This document shows, in pieces, positions 27,404 through 37,242 of a DNA stretch of 64,000 nucleotides. The stretch spans positions 7,366 to 71,365 of the forward strand of contig DATDNH010000094.1 of assembly GCA_036518395.1 (NCBI GenBank), in the 5' to 3' direction. Positions within the stretch are counted from its first letter, which is position 1. The number at the start of each line of letters is the position of its first letter. A program made the position numbers and the translations under genes. Under the pieces are notes generated by a model. That model saw only the letters and a program-made list of their open reading frames with translations. It had not been told where the DNA came from and ran no database searches. This DNA is from Candidatus Angelobacter sp. Its GTDB lineage: Bacteria > Acidobacteriota > Terriglobia > Terriglobales > Acidobacteriaceae.

Positions 27404-28357
27404 TCACATCAGGACGACCTTGGGATGAAACAAGGTTCCAGCGATCCTGCGGGCAATTGCAACCAGGCGCTCCTGGTTCTCAAAAACTCGAACATAGAAA
27501 GTCGAATTAGCCTTGGCCGATGAGGTGGAACCATAAAACGGCAGGTTCACTGCCGCTCCATGGCGAACTTTGGCTAACGCCTCAGGCGGAGCCGTGACCG
27601 CAGGGAACTCGGGCAAAATGAGTCGGGGATGAAGAAAGAACCGCTTGAACTCACCAACTGCCGTTTGATCTAACGTCTGATAAGAAGTATTATGTAAAAT
27701 ATCAGACAACCTGCGCCCAGCGTGCTCCAGATCCACTAGCCTGTGTGCTTTTTCCAGTGTAAATTCCCTGACCGCTGTCCGGGTGAGTTCCCCCAAATGT
27801 GCTCCGCATCCCAAAACCCGGCCCAGATCGTGTGCCAGCGATCGCATATAAGTCCCTGAACTGACCCAGGCCTTAAATCGCGCTCGATCTCCATCGAACT
27901 CCAGGATTTCCAGTTCCTTGATCTCTACTTCTTTGGATTTCAGTTCTACATCCTGCTTTTTGCGCGCGAGTTTGTAAGCCGGGACTCCGGCAATCTTCTT
28001 GGCCGAAAACGGCGGAGGCGTCTGCTGAATTTTTCCAACGAATTTGGCCGCGGCATTCCGGAGTTGCTCCAGGGTGAAGCTGGACTTCTGGAGTGACCCC
28101 AGCGGCTCGCCTTCAGCGTCATAGGTATCTGTGGCTACGCCAAAGTGGATCACCCCTTCATATCGCTTGTCAGCCTCCGAATAGAAGGCGGCCAGACGCG
28201 TAAATCGGCCAACAACCAGCGGCAAAACTCCGGTTGCCGAAGGATCAAGGGTGCCCAGATGCCCCACGGACTTCTCATTCAGGATGCGGCGCATGTGCGC
28301 CACAACGTCGTGTGACGTCATGCCAGCCGGCTTATTAACAATCAGAACACCATCCAC
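27404..28357 (-). CDS. truB: tRNA pseudouridine(55) synthase
   Basis: Motif GVLIVNKPAGMTSHDVV...GHLGTLDPSATGVLPL. Confidence 0.95.
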   Translation of the reverse strand: MDGVLIVNKPAGMTSHDVVAHMRRILNEKSVGHLGTLDPSATGVLPLVVGRFTRLAAFYSEADKRYEGVIHFGVATDTYDAEGEPLGSLQKSSFTLEQLRNAAAKFVGKIQQTPPPFSAKKIAGVPAYKLARKKQDVELKSKEVEIKELEILEFDGDRARFKAWVSSGTYMRSLAHDLGRVLGCGAHLGELTRTAVREFTLEKAHRLVDLEHAGRRLSDILHNTSYQTLDQTAVGEFKRFFLHPRLILPEFPAVTAPPEALAKVRHGAAVNLPFYGSTSSAKANSTFYVRVFENQERLVAIARRIAGTLFHPKVVLM

Positions 28358-28408
28358 TTGAGTAACTCCGATTTATCTAGCATCATAATCAAAGCCGGCT
28401 CGAACAAA

Positions 28409-29107
28409 ATGTTCCCGATCAGTGACGACGCTCCGCGTTCCACCACGCCCTATGTAAATTATTTCCTCATCGCCCTCAATGTCGGCGTCTTCCTCTTCGA
28501 ATCGACCCTGACTCCGCGCCAGGATGCCGCCTTCATCGCCCAGTACGCCTTTGTTCCCAGTCATATAAATCAATGGCTCTCTGGCTCCTTGCCCGCCGAC
28601 GTTGCCATTGTTCCATTCTTCAGTTCCATGTTTATGCATGCCAACTGGCTGCACATACTCCTCAATATGTGGGGTCTGGCAATTTTTGGAGACAACGTGG
28701 AAGACCGCCTGGGCCACTTTCGTTATCTGCTCTTTTACCTGGTATGCGGACTGGGCGCCGACGTGACTCATTATCTTTTTAATTTCAACTCATCGGTCCC
28801 CAGTGTCGGCGCCAGTGGCGCTATTGCTGGCGTGATGGGAGCTTACTTCGTTCTGTATCCCAAGGCGCGAGTTCTGACGTGGGTCTTCTTCATTTTCTTT
28901 ATTCATCTGCCGGCGTGGCTGGTGTTGGGCTACTGGTTTGTCCTGCAATTCCTGGCTGGCGCGGCGGCCGCCATGAGCTATTCGCGCCAAACGACTGGCG
29001 GCGTCGCAGTGTGGGCCCACGTCGGCGGATTCATTACCGGGGTGGTCTTGATCAAAGTTCTGCCCGCGCGTAAACATTACCTTTCTTATGAAGGGTACTA
29101 CCAATGA
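28409..29107 (+). CDS. rhomboid-family intramembrane serine protease
   Basis: Motifs HANWLHILLNMW, GASGAIAGVMGAY, HVGGFITG. I prefer ATG 28409 over the track start 28358. Confidence 0.85.
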   Translation: MFPISDDAPRSTTPYVNYFLIALNVGVFLFESTLTPRQDAAFIAQYAFVPSHINQWLSGSLPADVAIVPFFSSMFMHANWLHILLNMWGLAIFGDNVEDRLGHFRYLLFYLVCGLGADVTHYLFNFNSSVPSVGASGAIAGVMGAYFVLYPKARVLTWVFFIFFIHLPAWLVLGYWFVLQFLAGAAAAMSYSRQTTGGVAVWAHVGGFITGVVLIKVLPARKHYLSYEGYYQ

Positions 29108-29829
29108 CAGATACGAATTCCCTGGCTGGAAAGGTTGCGGTGATTACAGGGGGCAGCCGTGGAATCGGTTTTGCCATCGCCCAGGCGTTTACCAGCCGGG
29201 GCTGCGAAGTGGTTATCACGGGACGTAACGCCACCACCTTGAATTCGGCCATCGCGAACCTGAAAGAGAGTAACGCTAAAGTTCTGGGACTTCCCTGCAA
29301 CGTGGTCGATCCGGCCCAGGTAGAAAGACTCTTCGCCCAGGTCAAGCAGGCACATTCGAAAATCGACATCCTTGTTAACAATGCGGGAATTTCCCATGCG
29401 CTCGCTCCTGTGGAACAGCTTCCCATTGAAAGCTGGAGGAGCGCGATTGACGTGAACCTGAGCGGAATGTTCTTTTGCACGCAACAAGCCCTGCCGCTAA
29501 TGTCCTCTGGCGGCACCATCGTCAACAATCTTTCGATTGCAGCCGTCCATTCATTTCCCGGAATGGCTGCTTACAATGCCTCCAAAGCCGGGGCTTTGGG
29601 ATTTACCAATGTTTTGCGCGAAGAATTGCGGAAGCGCGGCATCCGAGTGGTGGCTTTGATTGTCGGCGCAACAGCCACAGAAATATGGGACCAATTCTGG
29701 CCGGAAGCGCCGAAAGACAAGATGGTTTTGCCAACCACCGTCGCGGACGCGGTCTTGCAAGCAGTTACCCTGCCCGAGACCGCCGCTATTGAGGAAATAA
29801 GATTGGGACCTACTGCAGGCGCTTTGTAA
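29104..29829 (+). CDS. SDR-family oxidoreductase
   Basis: Motifs TGGSRGIG, NNAG, YNASK. 4-nt overlap with the rhomboid gene. Confidence 0.9.
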   Translation: MTDTNSLAGKVAVITGGSRGIGFAIAQAFTSRGCEVVITGRNATTLNSAIANLKESNAKVLGLPCNVVDPAQVERLFAQVKQAHSKIDILVNNAGISHALAPVEQLPIESWRSAIDVNLSGMFFCTQQALPLMSSGGTIVNNLSIAAVHSFPGMAAYNASKAGALGFTNVLREELRKRGIRVVALIVGATATEIWDQFWPEAPKDKMVLPTTVADAVLQAVTLPETAAIEEIRLGPTAGAL

Positions 29830-29880
29830 ACGTCGGTTTAAGTCTGTGTTTGCTTAGGCACAAACAGGCGGGGTTTAAAA

Positions 29881-29910
29881 CGATCACGGGCGATCAGTCG
29901 CCGCATCACG
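29881..29910. repeat. decamer array (cgatcacggg cgatcagtcg ccgcatcacg)
   Basis: Read directly from the sequence. Same CGATCAC core as 63321-63350. Lies just 3' of folE. Confidence 0.6.
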
Positions 29911-29920
29911 ATCTCGGCGA

Positions 29921-30526
29921 TTAAAACGAGTTTCCGTTTTTGCCGTTGCGAATGAGCGACAAAAATTCGTCCCGTGTATTCTGCAACGTACGGAAGGTGC
30001 CCAACATATGTGACGTCACCGCTGACGAATGCTGTTTCTCCACCCCACGCATCATCACGCACAGGTGACGTGCCTCAATCACCACACCCACTCCCTGCGG
30101 CTCGATGGCTCGCTGGATCGTCTCAGCAATCTGGACGGTCATGCGCTCCTGCACCTGCAGGCGCCGGGCAAAAATATCGACAATGCGCGGGATTTTGCTC
30201 AAACCGATGACCTTCCCATTCGGGATGTACGCGACATGCACTTTTCCGAAGAAAGGCAGCATGTGATGCTCGCAGAGACTGAACATCTCAATGTCTTTAA
30301 CAATCACCATTTCGTCATAGCTGACTTCGAACATGGCGCCTCGGAGTATCTCATCAGGATTCTTGCTATACCCCTGGGTCAGGTACTCGTACGCCTTTTG
30401 CATGCGCTCCGGTGTTCTGATCAGTCCATCGCGCTGCGGATCTTCACCGATTCTGACCAGCAGTTCGCGCAGCAGCTCCGCAGTTGTAGCTGAAGTCAAC
30501 GTGATTTGTTCATCGAGTTTCTTCAA
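29921..30526 (-). CDS. folE: GTP cyclohydrolase I (type 1)
   Basis: Motifs [26 protein letters not shown]. Confidence 0.95.
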   Translation of the reverse strand: MKKLDEQITLTSATTAELLRELLVRIGEDPQRDGLIRTPERMQKAYEYLTQGYSKNPDEILRGAMFEVSYDEMVIVKDIEMFSLCEHHMLPFFGKVHVAYIPNGKVIGLSKIPRIVDIFARRLQVQERMTVQIAETIQRAIEPQGVGVVIEARHLCVMMRGVEKQHSSAVTSHMLGTFRTLQNTRDEFLSLIRNGKNGNSF

Positions 30527-30945
30527 TGCCTGAGTTCCCTTCCTCCCGCGTATTCAAAGGAATTCAACATGGTCTCTTCCATCCTGACTTTCTCAATGCG
30601 TGCCGGCCGAAACCCCTGTTCCAGGATCCGGTAAATCAGAATGCACAGGTTCTCCGTTGTCGGCACTAAATTCCTGAATTCCTCTAATGTATTGAGATTT
30701 TCGTGGACAAAACGTTGCAGAATTTTTTCATGCACAAACTGGTCCAGGTCGGCCAGGTTGCATACCATTCCGGTTTTCGGGTCTACCTGTCCGGCGACGG
30801 TAACTTCCAGCGAGTAATTGTGCCCGTGGCCGTAAGGGTTATTGCATTTGCCATAGACGCGCTGGTTCTCCTCCGCGGACATGGAATCGTTATGCAGCCG
30901 ATGCGAGGCCGAAAACCAGTAACGCCGGCTCAAATAGGCCTTCAC
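30523..30945 (-). CDS. 6-pyruvoyl-tetrahydropterin synthase family protein (PTPS/QueD), paralog 2
   Basis: FSASHRLHN...[14 protein letters not shown]...TTENL closely follows the animal/cyanobacterial PTPS active-site pattern. 4-nt overlaps on both sides. Confidence 0.9.
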   Translation of the reverse strand: MKAYLSRRYWFSASHRLHNDSMSAEENQRVYGKCNNPYGHGHNYSLEVTVAGQVDPKTGMVCNLADLDQFVHEKILQRFVHENLNTLEEFRNLVPTTENLCILIYRILEQGFRPARIEKVRMEETMLNSFEYAGGRELRH

Positions 30946-31352
30946 GCTTCACCGTAATAATCGACGAACAGGTCTGGCGTCTCATACAGGCGCACGCGGT
31001 GCAACTGCGCGACCTTCAATTTCGGGCGCAGCCAGTTCCAGATCGTGATTGCAAGGTTTTCCGTGGTCGGAATTTTGTCGTGAAATTCCCGCACCTCCTG
31101 GTTGAGGAACCTGTGGTCGACGGCATCGAGTACTTCCCTGTTCATGATCTCTTTGAGTTCTTTGAGATCAACCACGAATCCCGATTTCTGGTCCACGTCT
31201 CCTTTTACGGTAACCTCCAGCGTGTAGTTATGGCCATGACCGTGGGGATTATTGCATTTGCCGAAAATGCGCCGGTTCTCTTCGGGGGTAAATTCCGGGT
31301 TGTGATAGTAATGCGACGCGGAAAATTCGGCCTTTCTTGTCAGATAAACCAT
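30942..31352 (-). CDS. 6-pyruvoyl-tetrahydropterin synthase family protein (PTPS/QueD), paralog 1
   Basis: Motifs FSASHYYHN...FGKCNNPHGHGHNY...TTENL...YETPDLFVDYYGE. Confidence 0.9.
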   Translation of the reverse strand: MVYLTRKAEFSASHYYHNPEFTPEENRRIFGKCNNPHGHGHNYTLEVTVKGDVDQKSGFVVDLKELKEIMNREVLDAVDHRFLNQEVREFHDKIPTTENLAITIWNWLRPKLKVAQLHRVRLYETPDLFVDYYGEA

Positions 31353-31367
31353 TCACATTCCTTGTAC

Positions 31368-32435
31368 TCAATCTCTTACTTTAATAGATGAGCTTGAACC
31401 CGCATGAGTTTCTGAACGGGTATAAACGCGACCTTTCCAGCGTACCGTGCCCCGCACGCGCGTATGAAAATAAGAACGCAACAGCAGAAAAGAAAACAGC
31501 GGCAGACCAAATATCGCCAGGGCGTTTGCCTTCCAGGGGAAGTGAGCAACAAGAGTTCTCCTTAGGAAATTGAGATAAATAATTGTGCCCAGGATAAGTA
31601 AAACGTCCATCTCTGTAGATTGACCGTGCGGCAAGATCAGCAGGTCCGCATAGCCACAGACTGTAAGGACTATGGTGAAAAACTCCACGGCACGAATTGC
31701 CGCCAGCCGAATCGGATTTGGGAAGAGCAGGGCCAGATTCTTTGTCCAACCTTCGACCAGGCTGGAAAAAGTCCTGTACATGCGCGTTTTTACCAGGCCC
31801 GCACCCTGACGAAACCATATGTTCCGTCCCACACTCTTGAACAAGCGAGCAAGCTCCACGTCTTCCAAAACTTTGCTGGCCACAGCGGGGTGTCCCCCTA
31901 ACTCCTCGTAAGTTGTTCGACGCACCAGGATGTATTGCCCATTGGCAGCCGCAACGGGATCTGCCGGATCATTGACGCGCGCTGGTGGATACTGCCGGGC
32001 CAGTTCGGCAAATACGACCGGCATCAGGATCTGCTCACTCCAGGAGACTACTTCCTGCTCCGGCGAATATGACAGCAGATCGACTCCTCGCTCCTGCGCC
32101 TCTTTCACCGCTGCCGCCAGTGAGCCGGGATAGTGGACCGTGTCCGCATCGGTGAACAACAGCCACTCGGCATTCGCTTGCCGCGCGCCACAGACCAGCG
32201 CATTGCATTTCCCCGTCGCGCCGTTGACGGCTTCAAAGGCGCGAATCACGTGAACCCCGGGGAACGACTCGGCGATCGCGAGTGTCTGGTCCGTAGAACC
32301 GTCGTCCACTACGGTGATTTGAAAGTCAATTCCCTGCTGCCGAACCAATGATTCCACACAGGCGCCAATGCAGTCCTGCTCATTGCGCGCAGGCACAATC
32401 ACCTGGACATCTGCCTGCTTTTGCGTCAATCCCAT
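31368..32435 (-). CDS. membrane-anchored family 2 glycosyltransferase
   Basis: GT-A motifs VIVPARNE, VVDDGSTD, FTDADT. About 4 C-terminal TM helices. Start placed at MGLTQKQ (32435), so the track start 32513 is probably an over-extension. Confidence 0.8.
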   Translation of the reverse strand: MGLTQKQADVQVIVPARNEQDCIGACVESLVRQQGIDFQITVVDDGSTDQTLAIAESFPGVHVIRAFEAVNGATGKCNALVCGARQANAEWLLFTDADTVHYPGSLAAAVKEAQERGVDLLSYSPEQEVVSWSEQILMPVVFAELARQYPPARVNDPADPVAAANGQYILVRRTTYEELGGHPAVASKVLEDVELARLFKSVGRNIWFRQGAGLVKTRMYRTFSSLVEGWTKNLALLFPNPIRLAAIRAVEFFTIVLTVCGYADLLILPHGQSTEMDVLLILGTIIYLNFLRRTLVAHFPWKANALAIFGLPLFSFLLLRSYFHTRVRGTVRWKGRVYTRSETHAGSSSSIKVRD

Positions 32436-32461
32436 GGAAACAGATTTATTATACTGGGGTG

Positions 32462-32941
32462 ATGAGAGTCCCTGGCCCTGCCATCCTGGTAGTGACGCTG
32501 CTGTTAGCAGCATGCAATCCGCAACCGCGCATGATCGGTTCGCCTGCGCCTGATTTCACCGTTCGCGACTCGGAGCGAACGGTTTCTCTTCACGATTTGA
32601 AGGGAAAACCAATTATCTTGAATTTCTGGGCATCATATTGCGCCCCTTGCATCAAGGAGATGCCTTCGCTCACAAAATTGCAGGAGCAGATGGGAGCGAA
32701 GCTCACGGTGCTGGCTGTTAGCGTGGACGAAGAAGAAGCCAAGTACCACAAGTTCTTGAGGGATCATAACATTCATCTTCTCACTGTGTGGGATGCGCAG
32801 AAAAAAAGCATGGAGCTTTACGGAACGGTGCTGATTCCAGAGACTTACATCATTGACGCCGCTGGACGCGTGCGGCGCAAGCTTGTCAGCAACGCGGACT
32901 TCACCAACCCCGAGCTAATTGAGTACTTGAACAAACTGTGA
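32462..32941 (+). CDS. TlpA-like thiol:disulfide oxidoreductase lipoprotein
   Basis: Lipobox LLLAAC. Redoxin motif NFWASYCAPCIKEMP. Start placed at MRVPGP. Confidence 0.85.
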   Translation: MRVPGPAILVVTLLLAACNPQPRMIGSPAPDFTVRDSERTVSLHDLKGKPIILNFWASYCAPCIKEMPSLTKLQEQMGAKLTVLAVSVDEEEAKYHKFLRDHNIHLLTVWDAQKKSMELYGTVLIPETYIIDAAGRVRRKLVSNADFTNPELIEYLNKL

Positions 32942-32944
32942 TCA

Positions 32945-33667
32945 ATGCGGGTGGCAATCGTATCTGACATTCATGGCAATCGGACCGCTCTGGATGCAGT
33001 GTTGGCCGACCTTAAGCAGGTTTCGCCTGATTTCATCATTCATGGCGGCGACCTTGCGGCCAGCGGCTCTCACGATGCAGAAGTTGTCGACCGCATTAGA
33101 TCTTTCGGTTGGCCCGGAGTGGTGGGAAACACCGACGAGATGCTGTGGGCCTCTGACCGGCTTGAGTCCCTGGGCTCACAGAGCCCGGCACTCAAGAAGC
33201 TGCTCGCAACCCTGGCCGAAATGATTCCGAGAATGTCCGCGTCACTGGGAGAAGAACGCATCCAGTGGATGAAGTCCCTTCCGAAAAGATACTCTCATCA
33301 ATTCTTGACTGTAGTTCATGCGAGCCCAGATGATTGTTGGAAATCACCAATGCTGGAAGCGACAGACGAGGAGTTGGAGTCAGTTTACGCTCCGCTGAAC
33401 GCACGCGTCGTGGTTTACGGACACATTCATCGCCCGTTTGTGCGAAGGCTGAAAGGTTTCACCGTGGCCAATTCAGGCAGCGCGAGTTTGTCTTATGACG
33501 GCGACACCCGCGCTTCGTATGCCCTGATTGATAATGGCAACGTGAGCATCCGGCGCGTCGAATATGATCTGGATAAAGCCTGTGACGATCTGATGAATTC
33601 AGGCCTGCCTTATGCGTCGTGGCTGGTGAAGGTCCTCCGCGCAGGACGATACGTTCCACCAGAGTAG
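32945..33667 (+). CDS. metallophosphoesterase family protein
   Basis: Motifs SDIHGN, GGDL, GNTDE, VVYGHIHRPF. Confidence 0.85.
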   Translation: MRVAIVSDIHGNRTALDAVLADLKQVSPDFIIHGGDLAASGSHDAEVVDRIRSFGWPGVVGNTDEMLWASDRLESLGSQSPALKKLLATLAEMIPRMSASLGEERIQWMKSLPKRYSHQFLTVVHASPDDCWKSPMLEATDEELESVYAPLNARVVVYGHIHRPFVRRLKGFTVANSGSASLSYDGDTRASYALIDNGNVSIRRVEYDLDKACDDLMNSGLPYASWLVKVLRAGRYVPPE

Positions 33668-33672
33668 AAAGA

Positions 33673-33918
33673 TTACTCCATCGCGGTGTCTATGTCTTCG
33701 GTTGGTGATTCCAGGATCTCTCGTGCTGCCGCTGCGTCTTCCTCTCGGACCAGAATCCTGAATCCTGCACCCGACCATGCAATGTGAGTCCGCATGTGGC
33801 CAGCGGTGTCGGCTTGTATCATAGCGTCAATGCCAGCGGCTTCGAGTGCGCTCTTGGCTACTTCCGCCTCCGGTTCATTGCTGAAATCCCGAACAATTAC
33901 AAGCTTCGCTTCATCCAT
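33673..33918 (-). CDS. DUF2007-like small protein
   Basis: 81 aa. AEVAKSALEAAGIDAMI resembles the putative signal-transducing DUF2007 fold. Confidence 0.55.
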   Translation of the reverse strand: MDEAKLVIVRDFSNEPEAEVAKSALEAAGIDAMIQADTAGHMRTHIAWSGAGFRILVREEDAAAAREILESPTEDIDTAME

Positions 33919-34017
33919 GGCTACACCTGATTTTAGCTTATCTCCTCGTGTGAGCTAGAATGAGGCGCTTCTCAAGGCAGTTCTCCTCTTCAATCGAACT
34001 GCGAGGTAACAAGCAAG

Positions 34018-34515
34018 GTGCCGAAACGAAATATCAGTCTCATTCTTCTTGCCGCCACTGCGCTGCTTTCTGTTTCGCAGATTGGGCGTGCGCAGAGTCA
34101 ACCTTTGCTCCCAGCCGACGTGATTGCCGCAAACCAGGAACTCGATCGACGCCTGCTTGAGGCGCACGCGCAGAAGGACACAAACGCGGTTCTTAGGCTA
34201 TTTTCCATCCACGCCGATGTGTTCTTCATCACGCCGAATGGCACGATCAATAAAGGCCTGGAAAGCATGCGTCATTCTTTTGACCGTTTCTTTTCTTCGC
34301 TGGAAGGTATTAGCGCTGAAATCAAGGAAGTTTCGTATCTGCCAGCAGGCGACTGCGTAATCGGGGTCGGCACGGTCGTTTTTCATCGACACCTGAAGTC
34401 AGGTCAAACCGACGAACGAACCGTCGTCTGGACCGACTTACGGCGAAAGGAAAACGGCAAGTGGCTTTTTGTTTTCCGTCATGCCCACTGGCCGGTGGCT
34501 TCGGATGCTCGGTAG
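34018..34515 (+). CDS. secreted SnoaL/DUF4440-like (NTF2 fold) protein
   Basis: Signal peptide. Length and the WTDLRRKENGKWLFVFRHAHW tail are typical of DUF4440. Confidence 0.65.
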   Translation: MPKRNISLILLAATALLSVSQIGRAQSQPLLPADVIAANQELDRRLLEAHAQKDTNAVLRLFSIHADVFFITPNGTINKGLESMRHSFDRFFSSLEGISAEIKEVSYLPAGDCVIGVGTVVFHRHLKSGQTDERTVVWTDLRRKENGKWLFVFRHAHWPVASDAR

Positions 34516-34517
34516 CT

Positions 34518-35540
34518 CTATTTCATCGGATTGACCTTAGCTGGCAAAAACTTCTTATTAATCTTCGCCACAATTACGTAATTGGGATCGACCATCTCAT
34601 TCAGGTGAATCTCCGCGACTTTTGAGAGCAGCTCGTAGGCATCGAGTTCTGACAGCCCGTAATCATTGTGTATCCAGCCAACGAGTTCAGTGAATGCAAT
34701 GCGCAACGCATCGTCCAACGGGCGGTAAGCGCCTACGGTCATGATGTAGTCGTCATTCTCGAATCGTGGCCAGTTGATCTTCCTGCCTTTAATCACCTGC
34801 ACCTGCAAGCGACCGCGTAATGGGACTTCAATGGCGGTTCCGGCGATTTCGCCATCGCCCATGGCGGCATGCCCATCGCCCAGAAACAGCATCGCTCCGG
34901 AAACGTTTACCGGAAAATAAACCGTATTCCCGACACTGGCCTCGGGCGAGTCCATGTTGCCGCCGAATTCCGCCGGCACAATCGAACTGCGCGCCTCGCC
35001 GCCTGCGGGCGCCACACCAATGCAACCGAAGAACGGATGCAGTGGAATCTTCACGCTGAACTTGGAATCCAGCGTCTTGAATGTTGCTGTGTTGCTCTTG
35101 TGATCGATGGGATAAAACCAGATTTTTTCCGGAATTGGCGGATTGATCATCGGCGTGTAGCCCGTGCTGTTGATCGCGCCAAATCCCGGCGCCAGCGCGC
35201 CGATGCCCTGATCGCCGTCGACTTCGAGATCAAGGATTTTCACGGCCAGCATGTCTCCGGGCTCCGCGCCATCGACATAAAACGGTCCTGTAAGCGGATT
35301 GTCGCCGGTTGCCATGCTGAGCGTGTCCCCCGGCTTCTTGATGGCATTGCCGAAGCAGTCGACCGTATTGGTTTCCAGAATGTTGCCGGACTTCAAGTGC
35401 GCCACGGGAGCATAAGAGGCCGAATACGTGTACTTCAGCTCCTTGGGATTCAGCTGATAACGTACAACTCTTCCCTGCTCACTTTGGTTCTGCGCGCAGG
35501 CTATTGCGGCCAAAATGACGACAGCAAGAAACGATTTCAT
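34518..35540 (-). CDS. acetamidase/formamidase family protein (secreted)
   Basis: Motifs NPLTGPFYVDGAEPGD, GGNMD, LGDGHAAMGDGE. Confidence 0.85.
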   Translation of the reverse strand: MKSFLAVVILAAIACAQNQSEQGRVVRYQLNPKELKYTYSASYAPVAHLKSGNILETNTVDCFGNAIKKPGDTLSMATGDNPLTGPFYVDGAEPGDMLAVKILDLEVDGDQGIGALAPGFGAINSTGYTPMINPPIPEKIWFYPIDHKSNTATFKTLDSKFSVKIPLHPFFGCIGVAPAGGEARSSIVPAEFGGNMDSPEASVGNTVYFPVNVSGAMLFLGDGHAAMGDGEIAGTAIEVPLRGRLQVQVIKGRKINWPRFENDDYIMTVGAYRPLDDALRIAFTELVGWIHNDYGLSELDAYELLSKVAEIHLNEMVDPNYVIVAKINKKFLPAKVNPMK

Positions 35541-35736
35541 AGACGATCACCTTCGAAGGCTGGATTATAACGTTTTCATTCGGCTATTCATTTGCGATTT
35601 GATTGTGGTACTATCGGTTTTTCTGAAAGTAGCTTGCCTATGCGTTTCTCCAATTAATCCGCTCTGTCCCTCGAAGTAGCCGTTTGCATCGGCTGACTTC
35701 GCCCTCTCACCTTTTTGTCTGAATGGAGAAACTGCT

Positions 35737-37182
35737 TTGAGTTCACCTGTAACCAGTTCTGTAGAACCGACTATTCCCCTATCTTCCCCACAGGAGCCGG
35801 AAAGCTGGCTTACTCTGGTCAAAGAAGCCATTCTCGGCTCGAAGAAGGACTTCACCGCCATTTCCCTCGATCGTGCCATTTTCCTGCTGGCAGTTCCCAT
35901 GGTTTTGGAAATGGCAATGGAAGCTCTGTTCGCCATCGTGGACACGTTTTTTGTCGCACATCTTGGCGCCGATGCCACAGCGACAGTCGGAATCACCGAG
36001 GGCATGCTGACGATGATCTATGCGATCGCCGTTGGCCTGGGCATGGGAACAACCGCCGTGGTGGCGCGGCGCACCGGGGAAAAGGATGGTTCGGGAGCGG
36101 CCCAGGCGGCGGTGCAATCGATCATTCTTGGCCTCAGCATAACGGCCTTGATCTTTGCCTTCTGCTTTCCGTTTGCGCCCAAACTGCTGGCCTTGATGGG
36201 AGCAACTCCCGGCATTCTGCAGGTGGGATCCCTCTACACTCGCATCATGCTGAGCGGATCAGGCGTGATCCTGATGCTGTTCCTGATCAACGCCATCTTT
36301 CGCGGCGCCGGCGATGCCGCCGTTGCCATGCGGGTGCTGTGGCTGGCCAACGGCATCAATCTGTTCCTTGATCCCTGTTTGATACGCGGACTCGGGCCAT
36401 TTCCGCGGCTGGGCGTAACTGGAGCCGCCATAGCCACGACTACGGGCCGCAGCATCGGCATACTTTTTCAGTTGTACATCCTGTGGAGAGGACGCGGGCG
36501 CATTGAAATTCTCCGCGAACACCTGCGGATCAATTTCAAAGTGATGGCAAACATCCTGCGCATCGCCGGCACCAGCGTGCTGCAATTCATGATCGCCACC
36601 GCAAGCTGGATGTTGATGGTGCGAATGATTCAGTCATTCGGAAGCGTCGCCACGGCAGGCTATACTGTTGCACTCCGCATCATTTACTTTTCCATTCTGC
36701 CCTCGTGGGGACTGGGTTCGGCCGCAGCAACACTCGTAGGACAAAACCTTGGCGCCAAACAGCCGGAACGCGCAGAGCAATCCGTGTGGCGTGCCTCATT
36801 CTTCAACATGATCTTCCTTGGTGCGCTGTCGCTGGTGTTTCTGGCGTTTGCTCCCCAGTTGATTGGGATTTTCAGTCGTGATCCGGGAGTGATCGCAATT
36901 GGGGCGAGCTGTTTGCGCATCATCAGCGCCTGCTACGTTCTTTTCGCTTACGGGATGGTGATAGTGCAGGCATTCAACGGCGCCGGCGACACTTTCACGC
37001 CTACCGTTATCAATCTTGCGTGCTATTGGGTCATCCAGCTTCCATTGGCATTCCTGCTGAGCCGCCATTTTCAGCTTGGGCCCAATGGAATTTTCTGGGC
37101 GATCCTGATCACTGAAAACCTGCTCGCAGCAGTGTCGATATTCGTGTTCCGTCTGGGAAGGTGGAAGATGAAGAAGGTATAA
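35737..37182 (+). CDS. MATE-family efflux transporter
   Basis: 481 aa with 12 TM helices. N-terminal LAVPMVLEMAMEALFAIVDTFFVAHLG is typical of NorM/DinF-like MATE proteins. Confidence 0.9.
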   Translation: MSSPVTSSVEPTIPLSSPQEPESWLTLVKEAILGSKKDFTAISLDRAIFLLAVPMVLEMAMEALFAIVDTFFVAHLGADATATVGITEGMLTMIYAIAVGLGMGTTAVVARRTGEKDGSGAAQAAVQSIILGLSITALIFAFCFPFAPKLLALMGATPGILQVGSLYTRIMLSGSGVILMLFLINAIFRGAGDAAVAMRVLWLANGINLFLDPCLIRGLGPFPRLGVTGAAIATTTGRSIGILFQLYILWRGRGRIEILREHLRINFKVMANILRIAGTSVLQFMIATASWMLMVRMIQSFGSVATAGYTVALRIIYFSILPSWGLGSAAATLVGQNLGAKQPERAEQSVWRASFFNMIFLGALSLVFLAFAPQLIGIFSRDPGVIAIGASCLRIISACYVLFAYGMVIVQAFNGAGDTFTPTVINLACYWVIQLPLAFLLSRHFQLGPNGIFWAILITENLLAAVSIFVFRLGRWKMKKV

Positions 37183-37242
37183 AAGCAGCTCTTGGTTTTT
37201 GGCTTTGACCTTCAACTATTGGTTATTCGCGTTAATTCGCGC

